The translations under genes and the position numbers were made by a program. A stretch of DNA of 64,000 bases from the NCBI RefSeq assembly GCF_009914755.1, contig NC_060947.1; one strand, written 5' to 3'. Below are positions 30,896 through 41,200 of the stretch, piece by piece. How positions within the stretch are numbered: the first letter of the stretch is position 1; each line of letters begins with the position of its first letter. Below the pieces are notes generated by a model. That model saw only the letters and a list, made by a program, of their open reading frames with translations, was not told the origin of the DNA and did not search any database. The stretch is from the human T2T-CHM13v2.0 reference genome, Homo sapiens.

Positions 30896-32464
30896 ATAAT
30901 TAGTATTCTTGTTGTCATTATTTCACAAACGATATCCAGCTCTTCTTACTCCCTCATCACAAAGCTATGCGGACACATATAAAGGTACTTTGGGACCCCG
31001 GGGCATCATCAGAAAATATATTAAAAATAAACCAATTAATCATTCATGCATTGTTTCAATAACAACAAAAATTTTGTAAAACTCCTTCACTATTTTCCCT
31101 ACTAATGTAAGCTCCATCACTTTGTCTTCTATCCAAATAGTATAACCCATTTCTCTCTCTCAGAAGATCATTTTCCCTTTTGGTAATTTTCTGGCATGGC
31201 TTTATATTCATGATAGCAATATCTGCTTTATTTAAACCCCCACTTTCCTTGATTTTATATCATTGGAATGCACTATTCAGCAAAGCCTGAAGAACTTTGA
31301 CTATCTCTTTCACGTTGCCAGTGGCATACAGACAGTATGTATTTCCAATCACCTTGTTGAATAGGCCCTAAAGTAGGCTCTCTATGCTTGTGTGTAGATC
31401 AGCTGGAAATACTAAAAAAGAATTGATGCAAATACAATCTCTTGCATTATACCTCTCCAGGGTGAGTGTAAACATGCAACTCCTACAGATTTCAGTATTA
31501 ACGAAGGCCACAAAAACACTTAGAAATAGTCATAATGATAGCAGAAATAATGTTGTATGCTTTATTTTTACGCTTTACAAATAGTCTCAAATTTGGTAAC
31601 CTATTTGATTTCCATCTATTTATTTGAATTAGGATTATTATGACATTTTCTTCTGATGAGAAAGATAAGGCACAGAGTTTGACTATTTGCTAGAGGTAAC
31701 TCAACAAATAAAGGTAGGATTGGAAATGACAACTTTGTCCTTAACTTCAAAACCCACAAGATGCACTTCACAGCAAGTGGAATCTCAAGCAATTAAAAGC
31801 AGGAAGTTAAGAAATAACATGGGTTGTCCTTTTCTTTTAATCACCAATAAGTAGGGCTACATACCCAGCCTAAGAATGATTTTGTTTTCTTCCTCTTTAA
31901 GCTGATGAAGCCCTATTACATTTATCAGCAGCAATAGCATCCCAGATCTTACTGCATAAATTCTGCACGACTGTAAAACTGAAGAAATTCACAGTCACCT
32001 AGTTAGTTGCTACTTTTGCTTCCTTTCATTGATTAGTTTGCTTTTGAGTTTGCTTCCATGCTTATTAGTTAATGAATTGACTTCTGTGCCACATCATTCA
32101 CATGTATAGAATACCAATCCTACTGTATAAGGAACTGGGAACCTGCCTCCCACTGGATATTTTAGGCTATGTAATTTTATTTAAAGAAGCAGTTTTTGAA
32201 AAATTCTGGGCACCAGCGACGGCTTTACTTCAGAGCACTGACCTACGCTCACTGGCTAATGGATATCACTGGCCTTGAGAACAAGCTTCAGCCTCTAATA
32301 TGGCTTAACTGAAATTTGGGGCATAAAATAAGAAAAATACAACTTCCAAATGCAGCTGCCTTCGAGATTCAGTTGCTCCCAGGGCCCAGATATCCTGGGC
32401 TCAAGCTGTCTCCTATGGGGCTGCCATTTCTTGCAGACTCATCTCAGGCTGAGGCATTGCCAGG

Positions 32465-33037
32465 TGTGATGGTTAATACGAAGTGTCAACTTGATTGGAT
32501 TAAAGGATGCAAAGTGTTGTTTCTGGGTGTATCTGGGTGTTTCTGGGTGTTGCCAGAAGAGATTTGAGTCAGATGACCAGGAAAGGAAAACCCACCCTCA
32601 GGAAGACCCACCCACAATGTGGGTGGGCACAATCCAGTTGGATACCCGCACGGCTAGAAAAAACAGGCAGAAGGTGGAAGAAGCTGACTTGCTGAATCTT
32701 CCAGCCTTCATCTTTCTCCCATCCTGGATGCTTGCTGCCCTTGAATATCAGACTCCAAGTTTGGCTTTTGGACTGTTGGACTTACACCAGTGGTTTGCCA
32801 GGGGCTCTCGGGCCTTTGGCCACAGACTGAAGGCTGCACTGTCTATCGGCTTCCCTACTTTGGAGGTTTTGCGACTGGGACGGAGCCACTACTGGCTTCC
32901 TTGCTCCTCAGCTTGCAGACTACCTGTTGTGGGACTTGGCCTTGTGATCATGTGAGTCAATTCTCCCTAGTAAACTCCCTTTCATATATACATATATCCC
33001 ATTAGTTTCTTCCCTCTAGAGAACATTTACTAATACA
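32465..33037 (+). mobile_element. MLT2A2-like solo LTR
   Basis: TG...CA ends; perfect 5-bp TSD CCAGG (32460-32464 / 33038-33042). Confidence 0.92.
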
Positions 33038-33045
33038 CCAGGTAT

Positions 33046-33752
33046 AGTTATGAGTTGAATTGTGTCTCCCTCAAATTTATACATTGTAGTGGGGGTTAGG
33101 ACTGAAGAGGAAGACCCACCCTCAGGAAGACCCAGCCACAATGTTCTAATGCCCTTTGGTATCTGTTTCTGTGTTAGTTTGCTAAGGATAACAGCTTCCA
33201 ACTCCATCCATGTTTCTGCAAAGGACATGATCTCATTCCTTTTTATGGCTGCATAGTATTCCATGGTGTATATGTACCACATTTTCTTTATCCAGTCTAT
33301 CATTGATGGGCATTTAGGTTGATTCCATGTCTTTGCTATGTGAACTGTGTGTCAATGAACATATGTGTGCATGTATCTTTATAATAGAATGATTTACATA
33401 TATGTCAAAAGGGGACTTTGCAGATGTGTTTAATTGAATATGTTGAGGTGGAGAGACTATCTTGAATTATCCAGGTAAACTCAATGTAATCATGAAAGCC
33501 CTTACAGGAGTCAGAGAGAAATCTGAATTGGCTATGCTGCTGGCTTTAAATGCAAGCAGTCTCTAGAAGTTGAAAAAGAAAATGAATTCCTTCCTAGAGC
33601 CTCCAGAAGGAACAAGTCCTACCAAATCTTTGAGTATAGCCCAAAAAGACTGGCTTTAGACTTCTAGCCTCAAGCACTGTAAGATAAAACAATGTTCTTT
33701 TGAGCTACCAAATTTATGATTATTTGTTACTTCAGCAACAGGAAACATATTA
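33046..33752 (+). mobile_element. MLT1(C/D)-like MaLR LTR broken by a complex insertion
   Basis: GTTATGAGTTGAATTGTGTCTCCC start; resumes at ~33400 GGGGACTTTGCAGATG...CTAGAGCCTCCAGAAGGAAC...TTTGTTAC..CAGCAACAGGAAAC. Confidence 0.75.
33155..33400 (-). mobile_element. Internal L1 fragment (ORF2 end / 3' UTR start) with no poly-A
   Basis: Translates as IDWIKKMWYIYTMEYYAAIKRNEIMSFAETWMELEAVILSKLTQKQ (L1 ORF2 C-terminus). Confidence 0.9.
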
Positions 33753-33932
33753 ATTTACATGACAGCAACTGAACTACGTCTTTCCCTCCACAGGGGGAAG
33801 AACCTCTTTTCCTTTCCCCATGATATATTTTTCAATGTAAAACAGAAATGAATCAAAGCCACTTCTGTTTATGAAAAATCTACTCTGCTCCTTTCTGCAC
33901 ATTTCACTGGTGATTATTCTGAGAGTTAAAAG

Positions 33933-34552
33933 TTTGAACCCAAAAGTATCTGAGACAGGACTCAATCAATTTAGAAAGTTTATTTTCCAAGGTTAAGCAC
34001 GTGCCTGTGACATAGCTTCAGGAGGTCTCGATGACGTGTGCCCAAGGTGATCAGAGTAAACCCTCCATTTATATATTTTATGGAGATATAATATATCTAC
34101 CAAGACATGTAAGGTGTATGTTGGTTCGATCTGGAAAGGTGGGAGTGCTTGAAGCAGAGGCTTTCAGGTCATAGGTAGATTTAAAGATTTTCTGATTGTC
34201 AATTGGTTGCAACAGTTATTATCTAAAGACCTGAAATCAATAGAAAGGAATATCTGAGTTATGATAAGGGGTTGTGGAGCAAGGTTTTACCATGCAGATG
34301 AAGCCTCCGGGTAGCAGGCTTCAGAGAGAATACATTGTAAATGTTTCTTATCAGACTTACCATCCGTGTTTAAGTGAATGCTGGTTGGCTTTTCCAGAAT
34401 TCCAAAAGGAAGGAGGATATAATGAGCCATGTTTGATCCCACTCCCCATAATGACCTGAACTAGTTCTTCAGGTTAATTTTGGAATGCCCTTGCTGAGAG
34501 GAGGGGTCTGTTCAGATGACCGAGGGGCTCAGAATTTTATTTTTGCTCTACA
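33933..34552 (-). mobile_element. MER4-family ERV1 solo LTR
   Basis: Reverse complement begins TGTAGAGCAAAAATAAAATTCTGAGCCCC...CAAGGGCATTCCAAAATTAACCTGAAGAACTAGTTCAGG; other end ...CCTGTCTCAGATACTTTTGGGTTC. Confidence 0.75.
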
Positions 34553-34801
34553 ATGGATTAATAAATAGTGACTGGTGCATATAAATTCAGAAATGTGCAT
34601 TAATTATTATTCAGTGGTGATGCAATTATCTCATGTTCATGGGACCACTAAGTGGTGGAATCAGGGGTCAAATTTAGGCATGGGTTCCAGTGTCACATGC
34701 TTTCTATTGGCCATATGGCTTCTCTGGTTGGAAGGTTTCAACACTACCATAGTTATCCCTTTCCTACTGTATCCTTCTACTGCCTCAGCCGTCTTTCTCA
34801 G
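34118..34801 (+). repeat. Copy 1 of the 684-bp direct duplication flanking the HERV-H provirus
   Basis: Matches 40517-41200 except 9 substitutions and no indels (hand count); abuts the first base of the 5' LTR. Confidence 0.97.
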
Positions 34802-35254
34802 TGTCAGGCCTCTGAGCCCAAGCCAAGCCATCGCATCCCCTGTGACTTGCACATATATGCCCAGATGGCCTGAAGTAACTGAAGAATCACAAAAGAAGTG
34901 AATATGCCCTGCCCCACCTTAACTGATGACATTCCACCACAAAAGAAGTGTAAATGGCCGGTCCTTGCCTTAACTGATGACATTACCTTGTGAAAGTCCT
35001 TTTCCTGGCTCATCCTGGCTCAAAAAGCACCCCCACTGAGCACCTTGCAACCCCCACTCCTGCCCGCCAGGGAACAAACCCCCTTTGACTGTAATTTTCC
35101 TTTACCTACCCAAATCCTATAAAACGGCCCCACCCTTATCTTCCTTCGCTGACTCTCTTTTCGGACTCAGCCCGCCTGCACCCAGGTGAAATAAACAGCC
35201 ATGTTGCTCACACAAAGCCTGTTTGGTGGTCTCTTCACACGGACGCGCATGAAA
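34802..35254 (+). promoter_or_regulatory. 5' LTR7 (probably LTR7up-like) promoter/enhancer
   Basis: TGTCAGGCCTCTGAGCCCAAG...GGACGCGCATGAAA; TATAAAA 35118-35124; AATAAA 35190-35195; two U3 repeat units each containing ACAAAAGA (34889-34896, 34939-34946). Confidence 0.93.
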
Positions 35255-35256
35255 TT

Positions 35257-35274
35257 TGGTGCCGTAACTCGGAT
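35257..35274 (+). other. Primer-binding site complementary to tRNA-His
   Basis: TGGTGCCGTAACTCGGAT immediately after the 5' LTR, one mismatch to TGGTGCCGTGACTCGGAT. Confidence 0.93.
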
Positions 35275-35397
35275 CGGGGAACCTCTCTTGGGAGATCAAT
35301 CCCCTGTACTCCTGTTCTTTGCTCCATGAGAAAGATCCACCTATGACCTCAGGTCCTCAGACCGACCAGCCCAAGGAACATCTCACCAATTTCAAAT

Positions 35398-35406
35398 CAG
35401 GTAAGT
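35398..35406 (+). promoter_or_regulatory. HERV-H major splice donor (CAG/GTAAGT)
   Basis: Exact consensus 5' splice site ~145 nt downstream of the 5' LTR, where HERV-H chimeric transcripts typically splice. Confidence 0.7.
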
Positions 35407-36039
35407 GGCCTCTTCTTACTCTCTTCTCCAACCTCTCTGTCCCTCAACCACTTTCTCCTTTCCACTCTTCAATCTCTCCCTTCTCTTAATTTCAATTCCT
35501 TTCATTTTCTGGGAGAGACAAAGGAGAAACGTTTTATCCGTGGACCCAAAACTCCGGCGCCGGTCACAGACTGGGAAGGCAGCCTTCCCTTAGTGTTTAA
35601 TCACTGCAGGAATGCCTCTCTGATTATACACCCACGTTTCAAGGGTGTCAGACCACGCAGGGACGCCTGCCTTGGTCCTTCACCCTTAGTGGCAAGTCCC
35701 GCTTTTCTAGGGAAGGGGCAAGTACCTCAAACCCTTCTCTCCTTGTCTCTACCCCTTCTCTGCTTTTCTGGGATAGGGGCAAGTACCCCTCAACCCCTTC
35801 TCCTTCACCCTTAGCGGCAAGTCCCGCTTTTCTACGGGACAAGAACCCCCAATCCCTTATTTCCACACCCCAACCTCTTATCTCTGTGCCCCAATCCCTT
35901 ATTTACGTGCCCCAACCTCTTATCTCTGTGCCCCAATTCCTTATTTCCATGCCCCAACCCTTTCTCTGCTTTTCTGGAGGGCAAGAACCCCCAACCCCTT
36001 CTCCGTGTCTCTACTCTTTTCTCTGGCCTTGCCTCCTTC

Positions 36040-37232
36040 ACTATGGGCAAGCTTCCACCTTCCATTCCTCCTTCTTCTCCCTTAGCCTATATTCTTAAGA
36101 ACTTAAAACCTCTTCAACTCTCACCTGACCTAAAATCTAAGCATCTTATTTTCTTCTGCAATGCCGCTTGAGGCCAATACAAACTCGACAGTAGTTCCAA
36201 ATAGCCGGAAAATGGCACTTTCAATTTTTCCATCCTACAAGATCTAAATAATTCTTGTCGTAAAATGGGCAAATATGGTCTGAGGTGCCTGACGTCCAGG
36301 CATTCTTTTACACATCAGTCCCTTCCTAGTCTCTGTGCCCAGTGCAACTCGTCCCAAATCTTCCTTCTTTCCCTCCCGCCTGTCCCCTCAGTCCCAACCC
36401 CAAGCGTCGCTGAGTCTTTCTAATCTTCCTTTTCTACAGACCCATCTGACCTCTCCCCTCCTCGCCAGGCCAAGCTAGGTCCCAATTCTTCCTCAGCCTC
36501 CGCTCCTCCACCCTGTAATCTTTTTATCGCCTCCCCTCCTCACACCTGGTCCGGCTTACAGTTTCGTTCAGTGACTAGCCCTCCCCCACCTGCCCAGCAA
36601 TTTACTCTTAAAAAGGTGGCTGGAGCCAAAGGCATAGTCAAGGTTAATGCTCCTTTTTCTTTATCCCAAATCAGAAGCGTTTAGGTTCTTTTTCATCAAA
36701 TATAAAAACCCAGCCCAGTTCATGGCTCATTCGGCAGCAACCCTGAGACGCTTTACAGCCCTAGACCCTAAAAGGTCAAAAGGCCATCTTATTCTCAATA
36801 TACATTTTATTACCCAATCTGCTCCCGACATTAAATAAAACTCCAAAAATTAGAATCTGGCCCTCAAACCCCACAACAGGACTTAATTAACCTCACCTTC
36901 AAGGTGTACAATAATAAAAAAAAAAGTTGCAATTCCTTCCCTCCACTGTGAGACAAACCCCAGCCACATCTCCAGCACACAAGAACTTCCAAACGCCTGA
37001 ACCGCAGCGGCCAGGCGTTCCTCCAGAACCTCCTCCCCCAGGAGCTTGCTACAAGTGCCAGAAATCTGGCCACCAGGCCAAAGAATGCCTGCAGCCCAGG
37101 ATTCCTCCTAAGCCGTGTCCCATCTGTGCGGGACCCCACTGGAAATCGGACTGTTCAACTCACCTGGCAGCCACTCCCAGAGCCCCTGGAACTCTGGCCC
37201 AAGGCTCTCTGACTGACTCCTTCTCGGCTTAG
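36040..37232 (+). pseudogene. gag: HERV-H gag remnant with two nucleocapsid zinc knuckles
   Basis: ORF 36927-37232 contains CYKCQKSGHQAKEC and CPICAGPHWKSDC; upstream part disrupted; start approximate. Confidence 0.85.
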
Positions 37233-37282
37233 CGGCTGAAGACTGACGCTGCCTGATCGCCTTGGAAGCCCCGTAGACCATC

Positions 37283-37620
37283 ATGGACGCCGAGCTTCAG
37301 GTAACTCTCACAGTGGAAGGTAAGTCCGTCCCCTTCTTAATCAATATGGAGGCTACCCACTCCGCATTACCTTCCTTTCAAAGGCCTGTTTCCCTTGCCT
37401 CCATAACTGTTGTAGGTATTGACAGCCAGGCTTCTAAACCTCTTAAAACTCCCCCACTCTGGTGCCAACTTAGACAATACTCTTTTACGCACTCCTTTTT
37501 AGTTATCCCCACCTGCCCAGTTCCCTTATTAGGCCGAGACACTTTAACTAAATTATCTGCTTCCCTGACTACTCCTGGATTACACCTGCATCTCATTGCT
37601 GCCCTTCTTCCCAATCCAGA
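37283..37620 (+). pseudogene. pro: HERV-H protease remnant, catalytic motif lost
   Basis: VEGKSVPFLINMEATHS (DTG position degenerate) ...PTCPVPLLGRDTLTKL. Confidence 0.85.
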
Positions 37621-37689
37621 GCCTCCTTTGCGTCCTCCTCTTGTATCCCCCACCTTAACCCACAAGTATAAGATACCTCTACTCCCTCC

Positions 37690-39470
37690 TTGGCGACCGA
37701 TCAAGCACGCCTTACCATCTCATTAAAACCTAATCACCCTTACGCCGCTCAACGCCAATATCTCATCCCACAGCATGCTTTGAAAGGATTAAAGCCTGTT
37801 ATCACTCGCCTGCTACAGCATGGGCTTTTAAAACCTATAAACTCTCCTTACCATTCCCCCATTTTACCTGTCCTAAAACCAGACAAGCCTTACAAGTTAG
37901 TTCAGAATCTGCGCCTTATCAACCAAATGTTTTGCCTATCCACCCCGTGGTGCCAAACCCATATACTCTTCTATCCTCAATACCTCCCTCTACTACCCAT
38001 TATTCTGTTCTGGATCTCAAACATGCTTTCTTTACTATTCCTTTGCACCCTTCATCCCAGCCTCCCTTTGCTTTCACTTAGACTGACCCTGACACCCATT
38101 AGGCTCAGCAAATTACCTGGGCTGTACTGCCGCAAGGCTTCACAGACAGCCCCCATTACTTCAGTCAAGCCCAAATTTCATCCTCATCTGTTACCTATCT
38201 GGGCATAATTCTCATAAAAACACAGGTGCTCTCCCTGCTGATCATGTCCGAATAATCTCCCAAACCTCAATCCCTTACAAAACAACAACTCCTTTCCTTC
38301 CTAGGCATGGTTAGCGTGGTCGGAATTCTTACACAATAGCCAGGACCACACCGTGTAGCCTTTCTGTCCAAACAACTTGACCTTACTGTTTTAGCCTAGC
38401 CCTCATGTCTGCCTGCAGCAGCTGCCACTGCTTTAATATTTTTAGAGGCCCTCAAAATCACAAACTATGCTCAACTCACTCTCTACATTTCTCATAACTT
38501 CCAAAATCTATTTTCTTCCTCATACCTGACGCATATACTTTCTGCTTCCCGGCTCCTTCAGCTGTACTCACTCTTTGTTAAGTCCCACAATTACCATTGT
38601 TCCTGGCCCGGACTTCAATCCGGCCTCCCACATTATTCCTGATACCACACCTGACCCCCATGACTGTATCTCTCTGATCCACCTGACATTCACCCCATTT
38701 CCCCAAATTTCCGTCTTTCCTGTTCCTCACCCTGATCACGCTTGATTTATTGATGGTGGTTCCACCAGGCCTAATCACCACACACCAGCAAAGGCAGGCT
38801 ATGCTATAGTACAAGCCACTAGCCCGCCTCTTAGAACCTCTCGTTTCCTTTCCATCGTGGAAATCTATCCTCAAGGAAATAACTTCTCAGTGTTCCATCT
38901 GCTATTCTACTACTCCTCAGGGATTATTCAGGCCCCGTCCCTTCCCTACACATCAGGCTCGAGGATTTGCCCCCACCCAGGACTGGCAAATTAGCTTTAC
39001 TCAACATGCCCAGAGTCAGGAAACTAAAATACCTCTTAGTCTAGGTAGACACTTTCACTGGATAGGTACAGGCCTTTCCTACAGGGTCTGAGAAGGCCAC
39101 CGCAGTCATTTCTTCCCTTCTGTCAGACATAATTCCTCAGTTTAGCCTTCCCACCTCTATACCGTCTGATAACAGACCAGCCTTTATTAGTCAAATCAGC
39201 CAAGCAGTTTTTCAGGCTCTTAGTATTCAGTGAAACCTTTATATCCCTTATAGTCCTCCATCTTCAAGAAAAGTAGAACGGACTAAAGGTCTTTTAAAAA
39301 CACACCTCACCAAGCTCAGCCACCAACTTAAAAAGGACTGGACAATACTTTTACCACTTTCCCTTCTCAGAAATCAGGCCTGTCCTCAGAATGCTACAGG
39401 GTACAGCCCATTTGAGCTCCTGTATAGATGCTCCTTTTTATTAGGCCCCAGTCTCATTCCAGACACCAGA
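37690..39470 (+). pseudogene. pol: HERV-H pol remnant (RT, RNase H, integrase; frameshifted and deleted)
   Basis: [26 protein letters not shown], then [12 protein letters not shown] and LPQGFTDSP in a shifted frame; integrase-like sequence with stops; end approximate. Confidence 0.88.
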
Positions 39471-40057
39471 CCAACTTAGACTGTGCCCCCCACCAAAAAA
39501 AAACTTGTCATCCCTACTATCTTCTGTCTAGTCATACTCCTATTCACCGTTCTCAACTACTCATACATGCCCTGCTCTTGTTTACACTGCCGGTTTACAC
39601 TGTTTCTCCAAGCCATCACAGCTGATATCTCCTGGTGCTATCCCCAAACTGCCACTCTTAACTCTTGAAGTAAATAAATAATCTTTGCTGGCAGGACTAT
39701 GCCGAATCTCCTTAGGCACTCTCTAATCAGATGTCCTAGGTCCTCCCAATTCTTAGACCTTTTATACCTGTTTTTCTCCTTCTCTTATTCCATTTAGTTT
39801 TTCAATTCATACAAAACCGTATCCAGGCCATCACCAATCATTCTATACGACAAATGTTTCTTCTAACATCCCCACAATATCACCCCTTACCACAAGACCT
39901 CCCTTCAGCTTAATCTCTCCCACTCTAGGCTCCCACGCCGCCCCTAATCCCACTCGAAGCAGCCCTGAGAAACATCGCCCATTCTCTCTCCATACCACCC
40001 CCCAAAAATTTTCACCACCCCAACACTTCAACACTATTTTGTTTTATTTTTCTTATT

Positions 40058-40070
40058 AAGAAGGCAGGAA
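40058..40070 (+). other. Polypurine tract
   Basis: AAGAAGGCAGGAA directly before the TG of the 3' LTR. Confidence 0.85.
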
Positions 40071-40519
40071 TGTCAGGCCTCTGAGCCCAAGCCAAGCCAT
40101 CGCATCCCCTGTGACTTGCACATATATGCCCAGATGGCCTGAAGTAACTGAAGAATCACAAAAGAAGTGAAAATGCCCTGCCCCACCTTAACTGATGACA
40201 TTCCACCACAAAAGAAGTGTAAATGGCCGGTCCTTGCCTTAACTGATGACATTACCTTGTGAAAGTCCTTTTCCTGGCTCATCTTGGCTCAAAAACACCC
40301 CCACTGAGCACCTCGCAACCCCCACTCCTGCCCGCCAGAGAACAAACCCCCTTTGACTGTAATTTTCCTTTACCTACCCAAATCCTATAAAACGGCCCCA
40401 CCGTTATCTCCCTTCGCTGACTCTCTTTTCGGACTCAGCCCGCCTGCACCCAGGTGAAATAAACAGCCATGTTGCTCACACAAAGCCTGTTTGGTGGTCT
40501 CTTCACACGGACGCGCATG
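40071..40519 (+). promoter_or_regulatory. 3' LTR7 lacking the terminal AAA
   Basis: 6 substitutions and one 1-bp indel vs the 5' LTR; AATAAA 40458-40463; ends GGACGCGCATG then host sequence. Confidence 0.95.
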
Positions 40520-41200
40520 TTGGCTCAATCTGGAAAGGTGGGAGTGCTTGAAGCAGAGGCTTTCAGGTCATAGGTAGATTTAAAGATTTTGTGATTGTCA
40601 ATTGGTTGCAACAGTTATTATCTAAAGACCTGAAATCAATAGAAAGGAATATCTGGGTTATGATAAGGGGTTGTGGAGCAAGGTTTTACCATGCAGATGA
40701 AGCCTCCGGGTAGCAGGCTTCAGAGAGAATACATTGTAAATGTTTCTTATCAGACTTACCATCCGTGTTTAAGTGAATGCTGGTTGGCTTTTCCAGAATT
40801 CCAAAAGGAAGGAGGATATAATGAGCCATGTTTGATCCCACTCCCCATAATGACCTGAACTAGTTCTTCAGGTTAATTTTGGAATGCCCTTGCTGAGAGG
40901 AGGGGTCTGTTCAGATGACCGAGGGGCTCAGAATTTTATTTTTGCTCTACAATGGATTAGTAAGTAGTGACTGGTGCATATAAATTCAGAAATGTGCATT
41001 AATTATTATTCAGTGGTGATGCAATTATCTCATGTTCATGGGACCATTAAATGGTGGAATCAGGGGTCAAATTTAGGCATGGGTTCCAGTGTCACATGCT
41101 TTCTATTGGCCATATGGCTTCTCTGGTTGGAAGGTTTCAACACTACCATAGTTATCCCTTTCCTACTGTATCCTTCTACTGCCTCAGCCTTCTTTCTCAG
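40517..41200 (+). repeat. Copy 2 of the 684-bp duplication (includes a partial MER4-family LTR, 40517-40951)
   Basis: Offset 6399 from copy 1; its first 3 bases (ATG) are shared with the LTR end. Confidence 0.97.

Larger units (their letters stand above)
34802..40519 (+). mobile_element. HERV-H provirus, ~5.7 kb internally deleted non-autonomous type
   Basis: Two LTR7-type LTRs, tRNA-His PBS, gag zinc knuckles, pro/RT/IN remnants, PPT; env largely absent. Confidence 0.97.

Noticed and set aside
34274-34459. Identical 61-aa ORF repeated at 40673-40858
   Set aside because: A consequence of the 684-bp duplication of MER4-family LTR sequence, not a gene pair.
35862-35960. Tandem ~20-bp CCCCAA...TTAT repeats in the HERV-H leader
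   Set aside because: An ordinary feature of HERV-H leader regions as I recall; not specific to this locus.
36927-39470. Possible coding-competent retrovirus
   Set aside because: The protease catalytic motif is lost, pol is frameshifted with stops and deletions, and env is largely missing.
34118-41200. Assembly artefact as the explanation for the 684-bp duplication
   Set aside because: The copies differ at 9 scattered positions and both breakpoints coincide with the LTR ends, which favours a biological event; long-read confirmation is still advisable.
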